A stretch of 64,000 bases of DNA, taken from contig NC_087447.1 in the NCBI RefSeq assembly GCF_036321535.1, positions 47,370,001-47,434,000 on the forward strand. The letters are read 5' to 3'. The DNA is from Camelus dromedarius. Its lineage: Eukaryota. Below the pieces are notes generated by a model. It was not told the DNA's origin. It did no database searches and saw only the letters and a program-made list of their open reading frames with translations. The translations under genes were made by a program, and so were the position numbers. Position 1 is the stretch's first letter; every line of letters starts with the position of its first letter. Below, piece after piece: positions 13,200-26,350 of this stretch.

Positions 13200-14110
13200 G
13201 ATGCAGCAACCACGCCCCTTCTCTGCATCCCTTCACAACTGAAGGTCTCCGCGGTCTCTGACTACACTCTGTTTCCACCTTCACTCACCACCCACCCAAG
13301 CCATCTGGCTTCTGGACCCACCCTGTCACTGACAAGGTTCTTGTCAGGCTGATTCGTGCACGTGGCCCAGCCCAGCACCATCTCCCCGTTCCCACATTAC
13401 CTAACAGCGAGTCAGCATCCCTCCCCATTGAACCTCCCAGCTCCTGTGACTTCTGGTCTCCTCCACCTCCCTGGCTGCTCCTCCTCTGTCTCTTTGCTGC
13501 TCCTCTTCACCTCAGGGCTCAGTCCTTGGTCCTCACCTCTCCTCTCGCATGTTCTCTCTGTAGGACATCCCAACCAGGTCCGTGATTTAATAAACCAGCC
13601 ACATCTGCCAACTTCCAAATATATCCCCAGCCTGGCCTCTGCTGCCCACTATCCTCACTCAGATTTTTGACTCACATCCAAAACAGGTCTCTTAATCTCT
13701 GCCTCCTTGCCCTCCCCCATCCCACTAACCCTGGCCTTCCTCCAGTCTTTACCAATCTCAGTAACACCTCCACCAACCATTGCTTGCTTCTTCATGCCAG
13801 AAACTGGGAGCCATCCTCCGTTTTTCCTTCTGGTTCATCTTCTGATTCATCATCAAGTTCTGTCATTTCTACCTCCAAATAGCTCCAAAGTTTGTCCATT
13901 TCTCTCCAGCTCTTCTGCTGTCTCCTTACCCCAGGTACCACCATCTCCTGCCTGGGCGGCTGCAGTAGCCTCTAACTTATCTATCTACCTGTCTCCTCTC
14001 AGCCCCTCCAACTAGTCCTCCACATACACTCTGCAGCCAGAACAAGTTTTCAAAATCATAAATTGAACCATGCCACTTCCCTGTCTGAACCCACTGGGGT
14101 CTTCCCATGA
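13200..14110 (+). mobile_element. L2 LINE remnant
   Basis: Pyrimidine-rich degenerate sequence with L2 3'-region motifs (CCAGAAACTGGGAGCCATCCT; TTCTACCTCCAAA; GCAGCCAGA...CATGCCACTTCCCTG). Confidence 0.75.
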
Positions 14111-16869
14111 CAGCATCATACACTGGGCTGTGTGCTCACATTTCACGTTGACGCAACCATTACACACAGCATCACACATTCAGTGTCAGGCTCATGGTCA
14201 CACGGTCTCACACACTGGCTTTCACGCCCTTCATGTCACTCCTTGTTACACCCTTGGTTGTACACTCAGCCTCACTACATGCTTGGGGCCCACATGGACA
14301 ATTTGGTGTCAGACACCTGAGTCATAAACATGGTGTTATTGCACAGTGTCATTCGTCTGTGTTTATGTATGTGATCCTCACAGTGTCACACCCTCAGTGT
14401 CACACATTATCACTCGGCATCACACAGTCAGTATCACAGAGTATCCACAGTGTCTCACAATTGGTGACACACCCACGGTCTCACACAGTCTTGGACAAGT
14501 GGTGTCACACACGTGGTATCACTCAGTGTCACACACTCAGTGTCACCCTCGGTGACTCACCCACTCTCCACACAGTGTCCCATGATTGGAGTCACACTTG
14601 GTATCACACAACAGCACAAGATCAGTACCACACAGTAGAATACCTGCTGCTCCTCAGTCAGTGTCTCAGGGTCACCCTCAGCGTCACCCTCAGCATCACC
14701 CTGGGTCCCATAAGCTTCCCCTGCCCCCACCCCACTGGGTGCAGTCACCAGAACTGCCGCCCCATGTCAAGGCTGTTTCCTGTTGTGCTCAGAGTCCTCA
14801 GCCACTGCTTGTTCCTTCAAGGATTTCCTGTTGTCAGGGCCCCAGTCAGGCCTGGCCCAGCCAGGGATACACAGTCTAAAAGGCCAAGAGCCCACTGGCC
14901 AGCAGGAACCCTGGGCCCTTCCGCCCGCCTGCACCCTCGTTGGGCCCAGAGGGGACCAACTTGGGTCCCCCATGTGCCTGGGCTTGTGCTGTGTCACTGA
15001 AAGGAGGTGACCTCTGGGTCCTACCCCCTCCCCAGGCCTGTGCTTCTGGGAATGGGGGTTCTTGGGCTGCCTGGACACAGTTGTCTGCACAGTCTGAGCA
15101 GCTTGGGACAAGACCTTAGCTGGTCTGTGGGGCTCAGTCTGAAGCTGCTGTGAGCCAGAGGAGAGGGACAGACCTGGAAAGGCCGGGACAAAGGGTTAGG
15201 GGGTTAGAGAGTTAAAGACGGCTTCCCAGGGGAAGCCAGCTGAGAGCTGGGATGCAAGGGAGTGGGAGAAAAGGCATTCCAGGTGGGGGCAGCAGACAGG
15301 AGCAAAGGCTTGGAGGCAGGAACCCAGAGGAGACAGGTTGACAGGAATGAGAACAGGATGAGAACATGAGAGCAGGTAAGGTTATGTTATGGGTTTCTCG
15401 CCTCTCAGCTCCCTCCTCTCCCCAACACCAGCATTTAGACTCTGCTCAGAGCCGGAGCCACAGGGCACTCCCATCCTGGCCCTGACTTTGAGGGCTCCCC
15501 AGATTGCTCTCCAAGGCTGCCAGACCCCCTCACCTCCTGCCCCAGGCCAACCCGCAGGAAGGACAGGCGGAGGCCAGCACACGCTCCCCACACGGCCCAA
15601 GATAAATATTTCCTGGGAAACGGAACTTGTTCTCTCTGTGTTTACAGCCAAGGGCCAGGCAGGGCCGTGGGGGAGGGGTCAGCCAGAGGAGCTTTATCCA
15701 GTCCCCGGGCCCAGCATGGCCTCAGACCTGCTGCACGCCTCTGAGCCAGTCCCAACCTCTCTCTGAGCCTCCATTTCAACTCTTCAAAGGGATCCCCCTG
15801 GGCCTTGGCCTGACCGCCAGCTTGGCCCCAGCTCAGCTGTGTCTCTTCGGGGTGTAAATCCCTGGTACTTGATGCCTCCCCCGTTCAGACAAGGCCTCTG
15901 TGATAGCAGGTCCTGTGTCTGCCTGTCTCCACCTTGACCTTGGTCAGTCAAGGGTGTGGACAGATGGATGGACAGACAGAGAGACAGGCTGGGATGGCAG
16001 CTGAGACTGCCTCCCTGGCCCCAAGCCCCTACACACCCCAGGCCTGTGCAGCCCGACAGGTGGGCACAGACAGATGGCAGAGCCTCAGGGCCCCCATGGA
16101 TGCCAGATGCTACGGCCAACTTGTTGGCAGCAGCCCCCTTGGGGCCAGGGGGCATCATCAAGGCCACTTGCTCCTGATGTGCAGAATCCAGGAGGAGGCT
16201 GGCACATCTGCCAGTTAGAAGCATTTACTAAAGAATTTTAAATATGAGCCTGAAACATGCTGCCTGCAGTGGCCCTTCCAGCCTCACCCCAATGCTCCCG
16301 GCATAGTAACATGTGCTCCACTGACATGCTGGCCTTCTCCTGTGGAGACCCAGGGCGCATCCTGCCAGCATGCCCTTACACAAACAGCTCCTTTCCCCTG
16401 TGAAGCCTTTCCCAAACTCCATGGCTGTCCTACCTGACCGGACTACCCTGGCTCCTGCCCCTATCCCACCACGTGGGGCCTACTTATTTATCATTGGTGG
16501 CCTCAGCTTCACTCCAAACTCTGAGACCACGAATTCTTTAGCCCAGGACCAAGGTGGCGAAGAGGTTTTTGGAGCTGGGGTCTCAGCACAGAGCCAGCCT
16601 CCTGCAGCTCCCTCTGAGTCCTTGTTCCAGGCTCCTCTATGTGCTCAGTCCCAGTCCTGTGCTGGTCCTTGTTGCTCTCAGGTGATCCTCTCAGAAGCTG
16701 ACCATGGACCTCTCTGACTATCCAGCCGATCTCTAGCCTCATCAGCTAATGGCCTTGACCCTCCCCATCCTTCAAATTTCCAAGGCTACCTCCTCCAGGA
16801 AGTCCCCGAGACTGCCCCCAATCCAGCAACTGCCCCCTTCTCGGAACTACTCTAAGCCCCTCACAGCTA

Positions 16870-17400
16870 TTCTCATTTGATCAAAAAGCATTTATTGAGC
16901 ACCTACAATATACCAGGTCTATGTCAGGCCCCAGGTGGGCCCAGGAGAGATAAAGGTTCTAACCTGCCAGGTGCTTACCACTATGTGGGAAAGGATATAT
17001 AACACCGTGGGGTAAGAAGTTACTGAACTGTAAGCTCAGGGGAGCTTACACACACAGCTTGCGGGCTGTGAGTGCCCAAGAAAGAGGAGAGGCTGAGTTG
17101 ACCTGGGGTGGAGGAAGCAATCTAAGAGGACTTCATAAAGGAGGTGATATCTAATCTGGGGCTTGAAAAGGGAGTAGGTAGAGAAAGGCATTCCAGAGAA
17201 AGGGGTCAGTGCAAACAAAGGCAGAGGGGCTGGGAAGAGCTGGTGTCCAGGAAGTGAGCATTGCCATGTCTGGGGGTGAGGGGTGGACATGATGGGGCCC
17301 AGCAGGCACTACCAGCAATGCCACACCAAGGGTGTGGTCTTTCTTTATCCCGTGGGCAGCAATAGAGGAGCCAGTGCCAGGCGGAGCATGAGGGTGCTTG
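16870..17400 (-). mobile_element. L2 LINE 3' end
   Basis: CATTTATTGAGCACCTAC followed by typical antisense L2 sequence (GAGAAAGGCATTCCAG...GTGCAAAC). Confidence 0.75.
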
Positions 17401-19419
17401 GTGTGGATACCTGTTCCCTTGTCCATGTCTGACTCTCCCCCTGGCCCTTGTCCCAGCTGGGGCTCCTAAGCCCCCTTCTGGGCCCTGAGAGCCAGCACAG
17501 AGAGGTCATGGACCCGTTGTGCTTAGCTCACTGCTTGAACTGCCTCAGCCCTGACATCCAGAGAGAGTAAAGACTCTAGCACTGAAGGAGGATTCCAGGC
17601 TGAGCCTGAAGAGCACATCCCCCAAGCCGGCCAGCTGACACAGGGGCCAGGAAACCACCCCAAGAGGGTGTGCTGAACAGACACCCGCTAGGTGGGGATG
17701 GGTGCTGGCAGCCCTGCTCTTGTGGCTGTCGTACTGCCAATGCAAGTGCTGCGCCCACAGAACCTCCATGAATCCAGCCCTCCAGCGCACCCTATCTCAT
17801 GGAGCACAGCCTAGACCTGGCTCCAATGATCTCACCCTTGAGGGAAGCAGAAAGGGTGCCAACTCCCTCCAAGGATCTGCTGTGAGGCAGACATCTCACA
17901 TACACCATCTTTGTAACTTCCTCCAACAGCTCCGCTGCGATTATGTCCATTAATGATAGAGCTTCTTATCTCATTTGACAGGTGAGGAAACTGATGTCCA
18001 AGTTGCTTAAGGGACTGGCCCAAGGTCACACAGCTGAGAAGTGGTGCAGCTGGGGCGAGGCCGTCTTTTCTCCCCATGCTCCACCCGGACAAGAGGGCAT
18101 CAGTCTCCCCATCCCTCTTCTTTCTCTCCAGCGGTCCCTATAGTCTGAGCAACACCCTAGGGTCCCTACTCTCTCCAGTCCTATCCTTTCTATGTTGGGG
18201 GGTCCTTGGGGGCAGCAACCTGTCTCTCCCCAGCAGGGCTGAGTGTAGGCCTGGACACTCGGGAAGGAGAGCTAACTGAACCCAGAAAGAGAGCATTCTC
18301 TTCCCAGAGGGGTTGGGGGGCAGGACAGAGCTGAGAACTACTGAGGGGCTCATAGCTTAAGATCCTAGGTCTGAGGGAGAGGGCGGCAGGACCCAGGCAA
18401 AGGAAAGGCAGAGAGAGCAAATGGGGATGGTGTGGGGATGCTTCATGGTGAGGGTAAGGCTTGGAGCTAGTAAGGGGGGCAGAACTTGAACTTGCAGGTG
18501 GCAGGGCCAAGGGCCTAGGCAAAAGGCACTGTGCACAGAGGCATAAACGAGGTGCCTGGGTCTGGCTCCTTCCCTCAGGGCTCAGCTCCCATCACCCAGG
18601 AGGGTCTCAGCTTCTCCAAACCCTCTCCCTCTCAGCTTCCTGGGAGGATGACAAATCCAGTCTTTCCTGGCAGGTGGCAGCGGCTGCTGAGACACTGCTG
18701 GCTCTCAGGAACACCATCTGTCCCAGCTCTGGGGGGAGCCCCCGCCCCATGGGGAATGCCACAGCCATAAATAAATTAATAATGACTCTCCAGGCCCCTC
18801 CTCTCTCCCTTTCCCAGCTCCCAGCTGCAGGCACATGCCCAGGGCTGGGCTCCACATCCCAGCAGTGAGCCCAGGCTGACCCCCTGGGCACCAGGCCCTG
18901 TGCGGGCATCTTCACTCCCATTTAACCCAAGGCCAGGGGGAGGGCCAGGGCTGGGCCCGAGACATGTCTCCACTTTCAGCTCTCCCTCCGATTCACTCAC
19001 CATGTGACCCCACTGGGGCTCAGCTTCCCCAGAGGAGAATAATAACAGCCCCTGCCTCCTGGGGAGGTTGTGAGGATTAAACAGAGAAGTGTGTCTAAAG
19101 CCCCTGGACCAGAGGAGGGGCCTATATGGCAGCAGCCTCTCCTTCCTCGCAGCCAGGCCTGGGCACAGAGGAGACTCATGCTAGGTTTGCTGCTTGGTCC
19201 GATTTCACACACCCCTCTCCTCTGTGCCAACCTTCACCATCCCCGGCCCACCCCATTTATGCTGCTCAAGGCCCCACTGACACTGATGATTCCTATTAGA
19301 CACACCAAAGACATGGCAGGGGCTGCAACAGCACCCATCATTGTCATCTCAAAGGAAAGGCACTCACTGAGTTGTCACCGGGCACCCTTTGGAGGGTGGT
19401 GAGAGACTCAGGAATGACA

Positions 19420-20090
19420 AAGGCATATCCCCGGGCTCGAGATGCTCACAGTTCAGAGTGGGAGACATACAGAGTCACACAGTGGAGAAAACAGGGCACT
19501 CATGGCACAGACAGCAGAATACCCCAGCATCTGACTGCTGGGGCAGGAGAGCTCAGAGGAGGGAGCGTGAGAAGCAGGGAGGGCTTCCCAGAGGAGGGGA
19601 GGCTAGAGCTGAGCCCAGAAGGATTTGGGAAGCTGAGGAGGGGAAGAGGCAAGCAGGAGTGGTTCTAGGGAGGCAGGAGTGGATGAAGGGGGACTGGGAC
19701 CTGGCTGGGGCTGCAGACGGAGCAGGGGGATGGGGAGGATGGAGAATTTTGGAGCAGAAAAGTGACAAGTTCATGTTTGTGTGTTAGAAAGATCCTTCTG
19801 GTGGCCACATGGAGGATGGGAGCAGCTGAAAGTAGACAGACAGGGAGTCATCCAGGGAAAAGTTGAATAGTCCCAGAGCAGGGGCAGGCAGTGGGTATGG
19901 AAAATAGGAGAGGAGTTCACAAAATACTTAGGGCAGAAAATCAACAGGGAATTGTTTGATGAAGGTGGCGAGGACAAGGATGGAGTCTGAAATGACTCCC
20001 AGGTGACTTGGGAGGAAGATGAATCCTTAGAGAGAGAACTCCAGGCAGGAATAGGGTAGGAGAGGTGGTCTTGGAGTGGGGTGATACTAG
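19420..20090 (-). mobile_element. L2 LINE remnant
   Basis: GGAGGGCTTCCCAGAGGAGG...TTAGAAAGATCCTTCTGG...ATGACTCCCAGG; boundaries approximate. Confidence 0.65.
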
Positions 20091-20226
20091 GCTAGAGGGG
20101 GTGGGGCTGGGATTCGGCTCCAGCCTCCCAAATCCTCCCAGGGGTGGGGGCAATGCTCAGACTGACCCCCAGCCTGTGCCTTCCACCCTCCAGGCCCACC
20201 CACTCCTCCCTCTGCTGAGCTCTCAC

Positions 20227-20288
20227 CTGCAGCGTGTGGTCTCTACTCCCTGGGGGCACTGGCTCCTGTGCAAGGAGGTCCGGGCTGG
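20227..20288 (-). CDS. PDE2A: PDE2A1-specific 62-nt cassette exon (A-SPDLLAQEPVPPGSRDHTLQ)
   Basis: TTGTCTCTGCAG|CC AGC CCG GAC CTC CTT GCA CAG GAG CCA GTG CCC CCA GGG AGT AGA GAC CAC ACG CTG CAG|GTGAGA. Strong splice sites; peptide closely resembles bovine PDE2A1 as recalled (ASRDLFAQEPVPPGSGDGALQ). Confidence 0.93.
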
Positions 20289-23200
20289 CTGCAGAGACAA
20301 GAAGGCCAGGGGCTGAGGCCTGCCAGGCCTAATCCCCTTCTCCCCAGGCTGCCCCCCTCCTCCAGCCCCAGCAGACGGAGGGGCCTCCTATCTCCCACAG
20401 GCGCCTCCTCCAGGGAGTCTTGCCTGATTGCACCCTGGCTCTGGTGTATTCTCTGCTCCTCAACTCTCAGAACAGATCCAAACTCTTTCAGCCCGGAGCT
20501 CCTCAGGAGTGGAAATGATCATGTTTTTACCCTTTCTGAGGTCCCCTCCAGTTTTGCGTCTCTCCCTTCACTTCCCTTCTCTAAGCCTCAGCTTCCCCAT
20601 CTATAAAATGGGATTTGTAATGTCCAGCTCAGACAGCCACTGGGCTGGGCTCCCAGCTGGGATTGCTGCTAATCCTAAAAAAAAGGGATCATACATGTGA
20701 GTCCTCAACTCCAGCCTGTGCCCAGTTGTCTGGGCTCCAATCAGACCCCCAACCTGCACCGTATCAGCTCCTCTAGTGCTGGCAGACACACCAGGACCCA
20801 CTCACTTGTTCTCAGGAGCCCACCACCAGGGTGGCATCTAGAACCCAGTCACTATGAGAGGCATTGCCTGGGGCCTGCTGTCCCTCCCTGCCCCCACCCA
20901 CAAGTGCACCCAGGAATCGGACAGGCACAGGCGGCGGGATATTCTGAGCCTGGCTTTGTTCCCGTCAGCTGCTGGCCGCCATGCCAGCCTGGCGCAGGCT
21001 CAGGGGCTGATTTGATTTGGCAGCTTCGGAAGCGTGTGGTAGGGATGGGGATGGGGAGGGGGTGGGGGATGAGACACCCATCCCTGCTGGGAAATAAACA
21101 GCCTCCGATGCTCAGCAAGCTTGGGGGAGGGCCCAATCTAGCATGGGAGGTGGTCCCGTATTCCCTGCCTGGTGCTCCTTCTTCTCACTCAGGTCCTGGA
21201 CACCTGCCAAGGACTGCTGGAATCTGTGCTTCTCCTTGGGTCACCGTAGGGGTGACAACAGCTACACCTGGTGTGTGGATGCTTGTGGTGTGGCTATGGC
21301 AGGGTGGCTGGTTGTCACACATGTCCCTGTGTCCTGTGGGGTCTCCCTACTCAGCAGTGTCTTCAGCTGGGCCCGAGCATTGCCCACGATGACTGGGTCT
21401 GTGTGGGGGACAATGGTCTAGATGAGGCCATCTCCCAGGGCCACTGGGGCCCCATGGCTGAGCCTCTATGAGGGACTGACTGCAGCCCAGGGCATGACAA
21501 GGCCACCCATGTGCCTGAGTCTACTGCAGGGCCTGGTGTGCACTGGCTCGACCTGTTCCTTCCCTCTGTGCGATGACCCTACTAACCCAGCCATGTCTGG
21601 CAGAGGAAATGACGCGGGCTGAGATAAGCAATGGACCTCAGGGCCCATCCCTTTTGTCTGCAAGCCTAAGCCTTCTTTTCCACCCCAGCCACCACACTGT
21701 CCCGGAACAGCCCCTTCCCCTGTCACAGAGAGGAAGCAGTGCTAGTTTCACTTGATTCTAACTGCCCCTCAGGCCCTCCACCACTCCATTCCCTGGAGAG
21801 GCTCCTGCCGCGAGCCCTCTGGTTCCCCATCACTCACTTCAAGCACAGGGAATGTGGACAGGATGAGAAGAGTCTCGGGTAGACCTTCACAGCTCCTCCA
21901 TAATTCCGCCCCAGTCTCAGTGTTTACCACCCTCCTGCCTACCTTCCACTCAAAGTGGTCCAGCTCACCCCTCACCCAGAGGCCCTGGGAATCCACATCA
22001 CTCTGTTAATGTGCTACTGGTGCCGTGGGGACCTGGACTCCACAGCCTCCAGTTAGAGACCTGTTCCTGGGGGTCAGGGCTCTGATGCTCTGACCTTTGC
22101 ACTGAGGCGGGTGGTGGGGGCGGTCAGACCAGGACACTAGTCCTCAGGGGTCCACAGGCCAGGGCTGTGCCCCAGACACCAACCACAATGTCAGGGTAGG
22201 GTGGAGCCTGTGTTGGGGAAGATGCAATGTCTCATCTGTCACCATTTTCCCATTGTCCCACTGTCCTCTGGGGACTTCAGGACTCTCCCCACCCAGCCAC
22301 AGGAAGCCGAGCCCCTCCTGGAGACAGAAGGAGGGAGCACTGAAGGAAGGGCTCCAGGACTAGGGAGAGACTCAGCCATGCCCTTGGGTTACCGAAAAGA
22401 ACCTAGGCTCATAGAACTCAGTTGTCACAATGGGGCTAGTGGGATGGAGACAGTCTGCAGAGAGGCCCTGGGGGGCTTCCTGGAGGAGGTGTGTGGTTCC
22501 TCATAGGAATAGAACACTAGGTTCCAGGACAGCCTCCAAACTATGTGATATAGGTCTGCACCTGGGACTTGTATGTAACTGCAAATGTCTGTGTGTCCGT
22601 GTGTGCATAGGTATGTATCCCAGTCATGGAGTCCTGAACTCTGGTCTGTGTCCCAAAGGCAGGGTCTGCCCAAGGTAGCGGTCAGTCAGGCAGCTGGCAC
22701 AGTGACAGAGGAGAAGGCAAAGAAAAAGAAGGGAGAAGAGCTCAGGGCTGAGGAGGGAAGCCTGTCGGGTTGGTCATAACATAGTCAGTCCTTAAACCCT
22801 AGATGCCTGATGCCAAGTCAGTGTGCTTCCATGTGCTTCCTCTGCCACAATTTGCTGTGCAGCTTCAGACAGGACCTTCACTTCTCTGAGCTACTGTCCT
22901 CGTCTGAAGAGTAACAGGGATGGGCCTGATGCCCTCCTAGGGCCCTTCCAAGTCTAACAATCTTTTGAGAGACTGACAAAGACAGCAAGGGATGGAGACT
23001 TATAGGGATGGGGAGAGAGCCCAGAGGAAGCGGAGATGAGAGTGAAGGGTGGGACAGCAGAAGGAAGAGAGAGGAGAAACCCTCAGGGAGGCCCACTTCC
23101 GGTGGGCATCTGGGGAGGGGTTCCCTGCTGGGGCCCCCATTCTCCGGCCAAGTCAGGGTGTAGTAGACAATGGAGCCTTCTGGATGATAGGGAGCAGTTT

Positions 23201-25639
23201 TTGCCACCCCACCTGCCTTCTGCCTGTGGGAGGAGAAAAGCAGAGGGAGACAGACAGAGGCTCTGCCTCCGTGACCTGAGTCCCATCTCCACTTCTACTC
23301 TCCAGGTGCTCCAGGAGGAAGCGGGGGCCACAGGCAATGGGGAGCGCCCAGGACTGGGAATCAGGAAGCTGTGTTTCAGACCCTGCTGTGCTGTGTGACC
23401 TGGGCCAGCTCCTAGCCTCCGTCACTTGATCTGTGAACCCACCAGACTGGGACTTGGCAGTGGTACTGGGTTCTGAGGGATGAAGCCAGGGCGGGCTCTC
23501 CAGATGGCCAAGATTCTTCCCTCCAGCCAGAATGTTCTTCCCCTGTCTCTAATGTGGGAGCTGACACTGTGCACAACCCAAGAGAGAGCAAGCCGCTGGA
23601 CAAATGAGCTGGCCTTGTGCCGGGCCGGATGGTGGGCCTGTGCTCAGGGACCCCCCCCCCCCCATCAGTCATCAGCTCTCCAGGCCACCTGGCTTGAGAC
23701 TTCCCTTCCTGAAGCCCTCCTCACAGCCACTCTCAGGGCACAAGGAGGGTTCTCCCTCCTTGGCCTGTGCTCAAGGGGGGCCGATGCCCACACTGTCCCT
23801 CTGGCTGCCTGGCCTCTGCCCTAGTCAGAGGCCCTTTGTACTTGGGCCCTCACAGGCAGGGGTTCGTGCATTTCCGTGTCTGTGTCCAGGAAGTGTTCAT
23901 GTCCTGTTTTCCCCCTCAGGCCGGGGCTGCCAGGGAAAGAGGGGGTGGGGGTGAGCAGGCCTCTCCTTTCTCCACTGTCAACATGTCTCCTGAGATTTTT
24001 AGGGGCTAGGAGGAAAGGGTAGTCCCCTCTCTGCCATAGTCTGAAATGATTGAAGATTGGAGGCAGGGGCATGAAGGAAATGACCCCTCACCCTGCAAGC
24101 TTAGGGAGTGGCGGATCTTGCACGCACACACAAACCAGATCTTTTGTGGCGGGAGAAACTGCCTGTGCGATCCAGGTTGAGAGGGTCTCCCTCCCCACTA
24201 ATGCCAGCCCAGCCCCTTCTCCCCTCCCTCACTGGGGGTGGGGGCTGCCCAACACCCCAAGCTGTCTCCATTGCTTCTTGCTATGTTTTCAATAACCAAA
24301 CATTGAGATTAACAAGGCAGGTGGTTGCAGCTCTTCCCAGCAACCCCATTTAGAATCATTGAATCATCAAATCATCAAATCCTAGAATTCTGGATTCACA
24401 GAATGTCCGCTTCTTCAGCTCCTGGAGTCTCAGCATCTTAAAGTCACACAACGTCAGAATCACACAACCACACATCCACGCAGCCCTGGCTGGGAGCTGA
24501 GAGTTGTGGAAGTCTGGAACCCCACAAACTGACAAAGCCGGATTCTCCTGAGAGCCGTACATCCTGAGAGCTAGAGCTCATCCACCCCAACTTCCTTCTT
24601 TTACAGGTGAGAAAATGCAGCCCAGAGAATGGCCAAGATCACTGGAGAGTAAGAACCAAGTAATGTCCACTCCCAGGATTGCAAGATGGGACCTCAGTAT
24701 CCTGGGCTTCTGAAAATGGTGCAACTTTTACATTCAAAAATACAAATATTCAAGTTAGGATGCTGCTTCTCTTTGAGCTTTGTTCACTTCCCCTTCTCCC
24801 TCCAACCGCACTCCTACCGGGTCTTGTAGCTGGCACCCCATTTCTCCACCCTCTTATCCTCTGTTCCTGCAACTCCCTTGCCCTTCCGCCTCCCCTAGGT
24901 CTGTACCCAGGCTCCTCAAATAAAGACAGCCATAGATGGTAGAGTTTGAGGGGACAAGTCCTTCATGGTGTTGGACAGGAAAAGCAAAATGTCTGCCATC
25001 TGAAGCCACAAGCAAGAGGTCAGTATCCCCAGAGGAGGTGCCCTGAACAAGAGACCAGAAGGTCCTGGACCCCTCAGGGGTTCAGCCACACTAGAGGCAG
25101 CAGGTTTAAGGGAGCTGAATTCAAAGAGGAGGGAAGCAGTGGAGGCTTACAGTTGACATTAGAACCATCCCGGATGTGATAGCGTTTTCATAAATTTACA
25201 TTTCAACTCATTTTGGAATGTACTCATCCATTTTTGAATTTTAATTTTATTAAATATTACATTTCACAGATTGTTTTAATTTTGGAATTCTGAACACTCT
25301 TTGCCCAGGGCAGAGCCCGAGTCTCCCACGTTACAGCTCAGGAGGCAGCAGACTGGGGGGTTCCAGGTCTCCCAGTCTCCATTTAGCCTCAAAGCTCCTG
25401 ACCTGGAGGTGGTCCTGAGACCTTCTGCTCCTTAGAGGGCCCTGGCCCCGGCCCAGCATCTACCCTTAACCCAGTCTTCCACCCAGACCCCAGGGTGGCG
25501 TTCTTACTTCCTTCACCTCTACAGCTGATCAGCTCCCTCTTCTACTGCCATGCTCCCCTCCCCTCCATTTTTGTTTTTTCCCTGTTCAGCCCATCATCCC
25601 TGTCTGGACCACACTGCACTAGCCTCCCACCTCACCCTT

Positions 25640-26350
25640 TCTATGTGCTCTTCACCCCATGGCCCAGGGAGCTTCCTAACAGGCAGATCTGAGTAGTTCC
25701 TACCCTGCTTTCAATTCTTCCCTTCATGCCCGGTTCTCTCCAGAGAAAGTTCAAATTCCTTGACATGGCGTAAAAGTCCTGCACACTTTGACCCCTGCCA
25801 GCCTCACCAGCCTCATCTCCTGATACTCCCCTCCACCACTCCCCATCCCACCACTGAGCCACCCTGGCAGTCCAGGAGCCAGCTCCTTGGAAGTGCAGAA
25901 CTGCATGCTTGCCTCCCTCTGTCTGTCACCAGAAAGCCTTCACATTCACATCTCTCCTCCTCTCTGCCCAGAGCTTTCTTCTGGCTCATCCCTCAGCTCT
26001 CTGTCTAGATACGTTTCCTCCTGGAAGCTCCCCAACATGCTTTTCCCCCAACTCGAGGCTGAATTAGGGGCCCCTTCTCTTTCCCACCATGGCCTCAGAG
26101 TTTCTCTCCAGCGTAGCCCTCCCCATACACTCTACTAGCATCAATCTTGTCTGTGCCCTTCCCCCACCCCATCACCTCTCCACCATCTGCCTTGGTACCT
26201 GGGTCGGATTACCCGTCAGAGGACAGATGCATCATTGCTCAGACTTGGGGGAATGTGTGGCTGAACTTTAAGGCCCACACCATGCTCTCTCTACCTATCC
26301 TCTCTGTTGGGCACATAGTAGGTGCTCACTAACTGTCCACCAATGAAGGC
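25640..26350 (+). mobile_element. L2 LINE remnant
   Basis: AAAGTTCAAATTCCTTGACATGGC...TTCCTCCTGGAAGC...GGCACATAGTAGGTGCTCA 3' terminus. Confidence 0.65.

Noticed and set aside
14194..15000. 268-aa ORF
   Set aside because: Arises from the degenerate CAGTGTCACAC array, which is poor in stop codons.
24680..25310. AT-rich blocks as a novel element (also 9490-9690)
   Set aside because: More likely decayed DNA-transposon fragments; the family cannot be assigned by eye.
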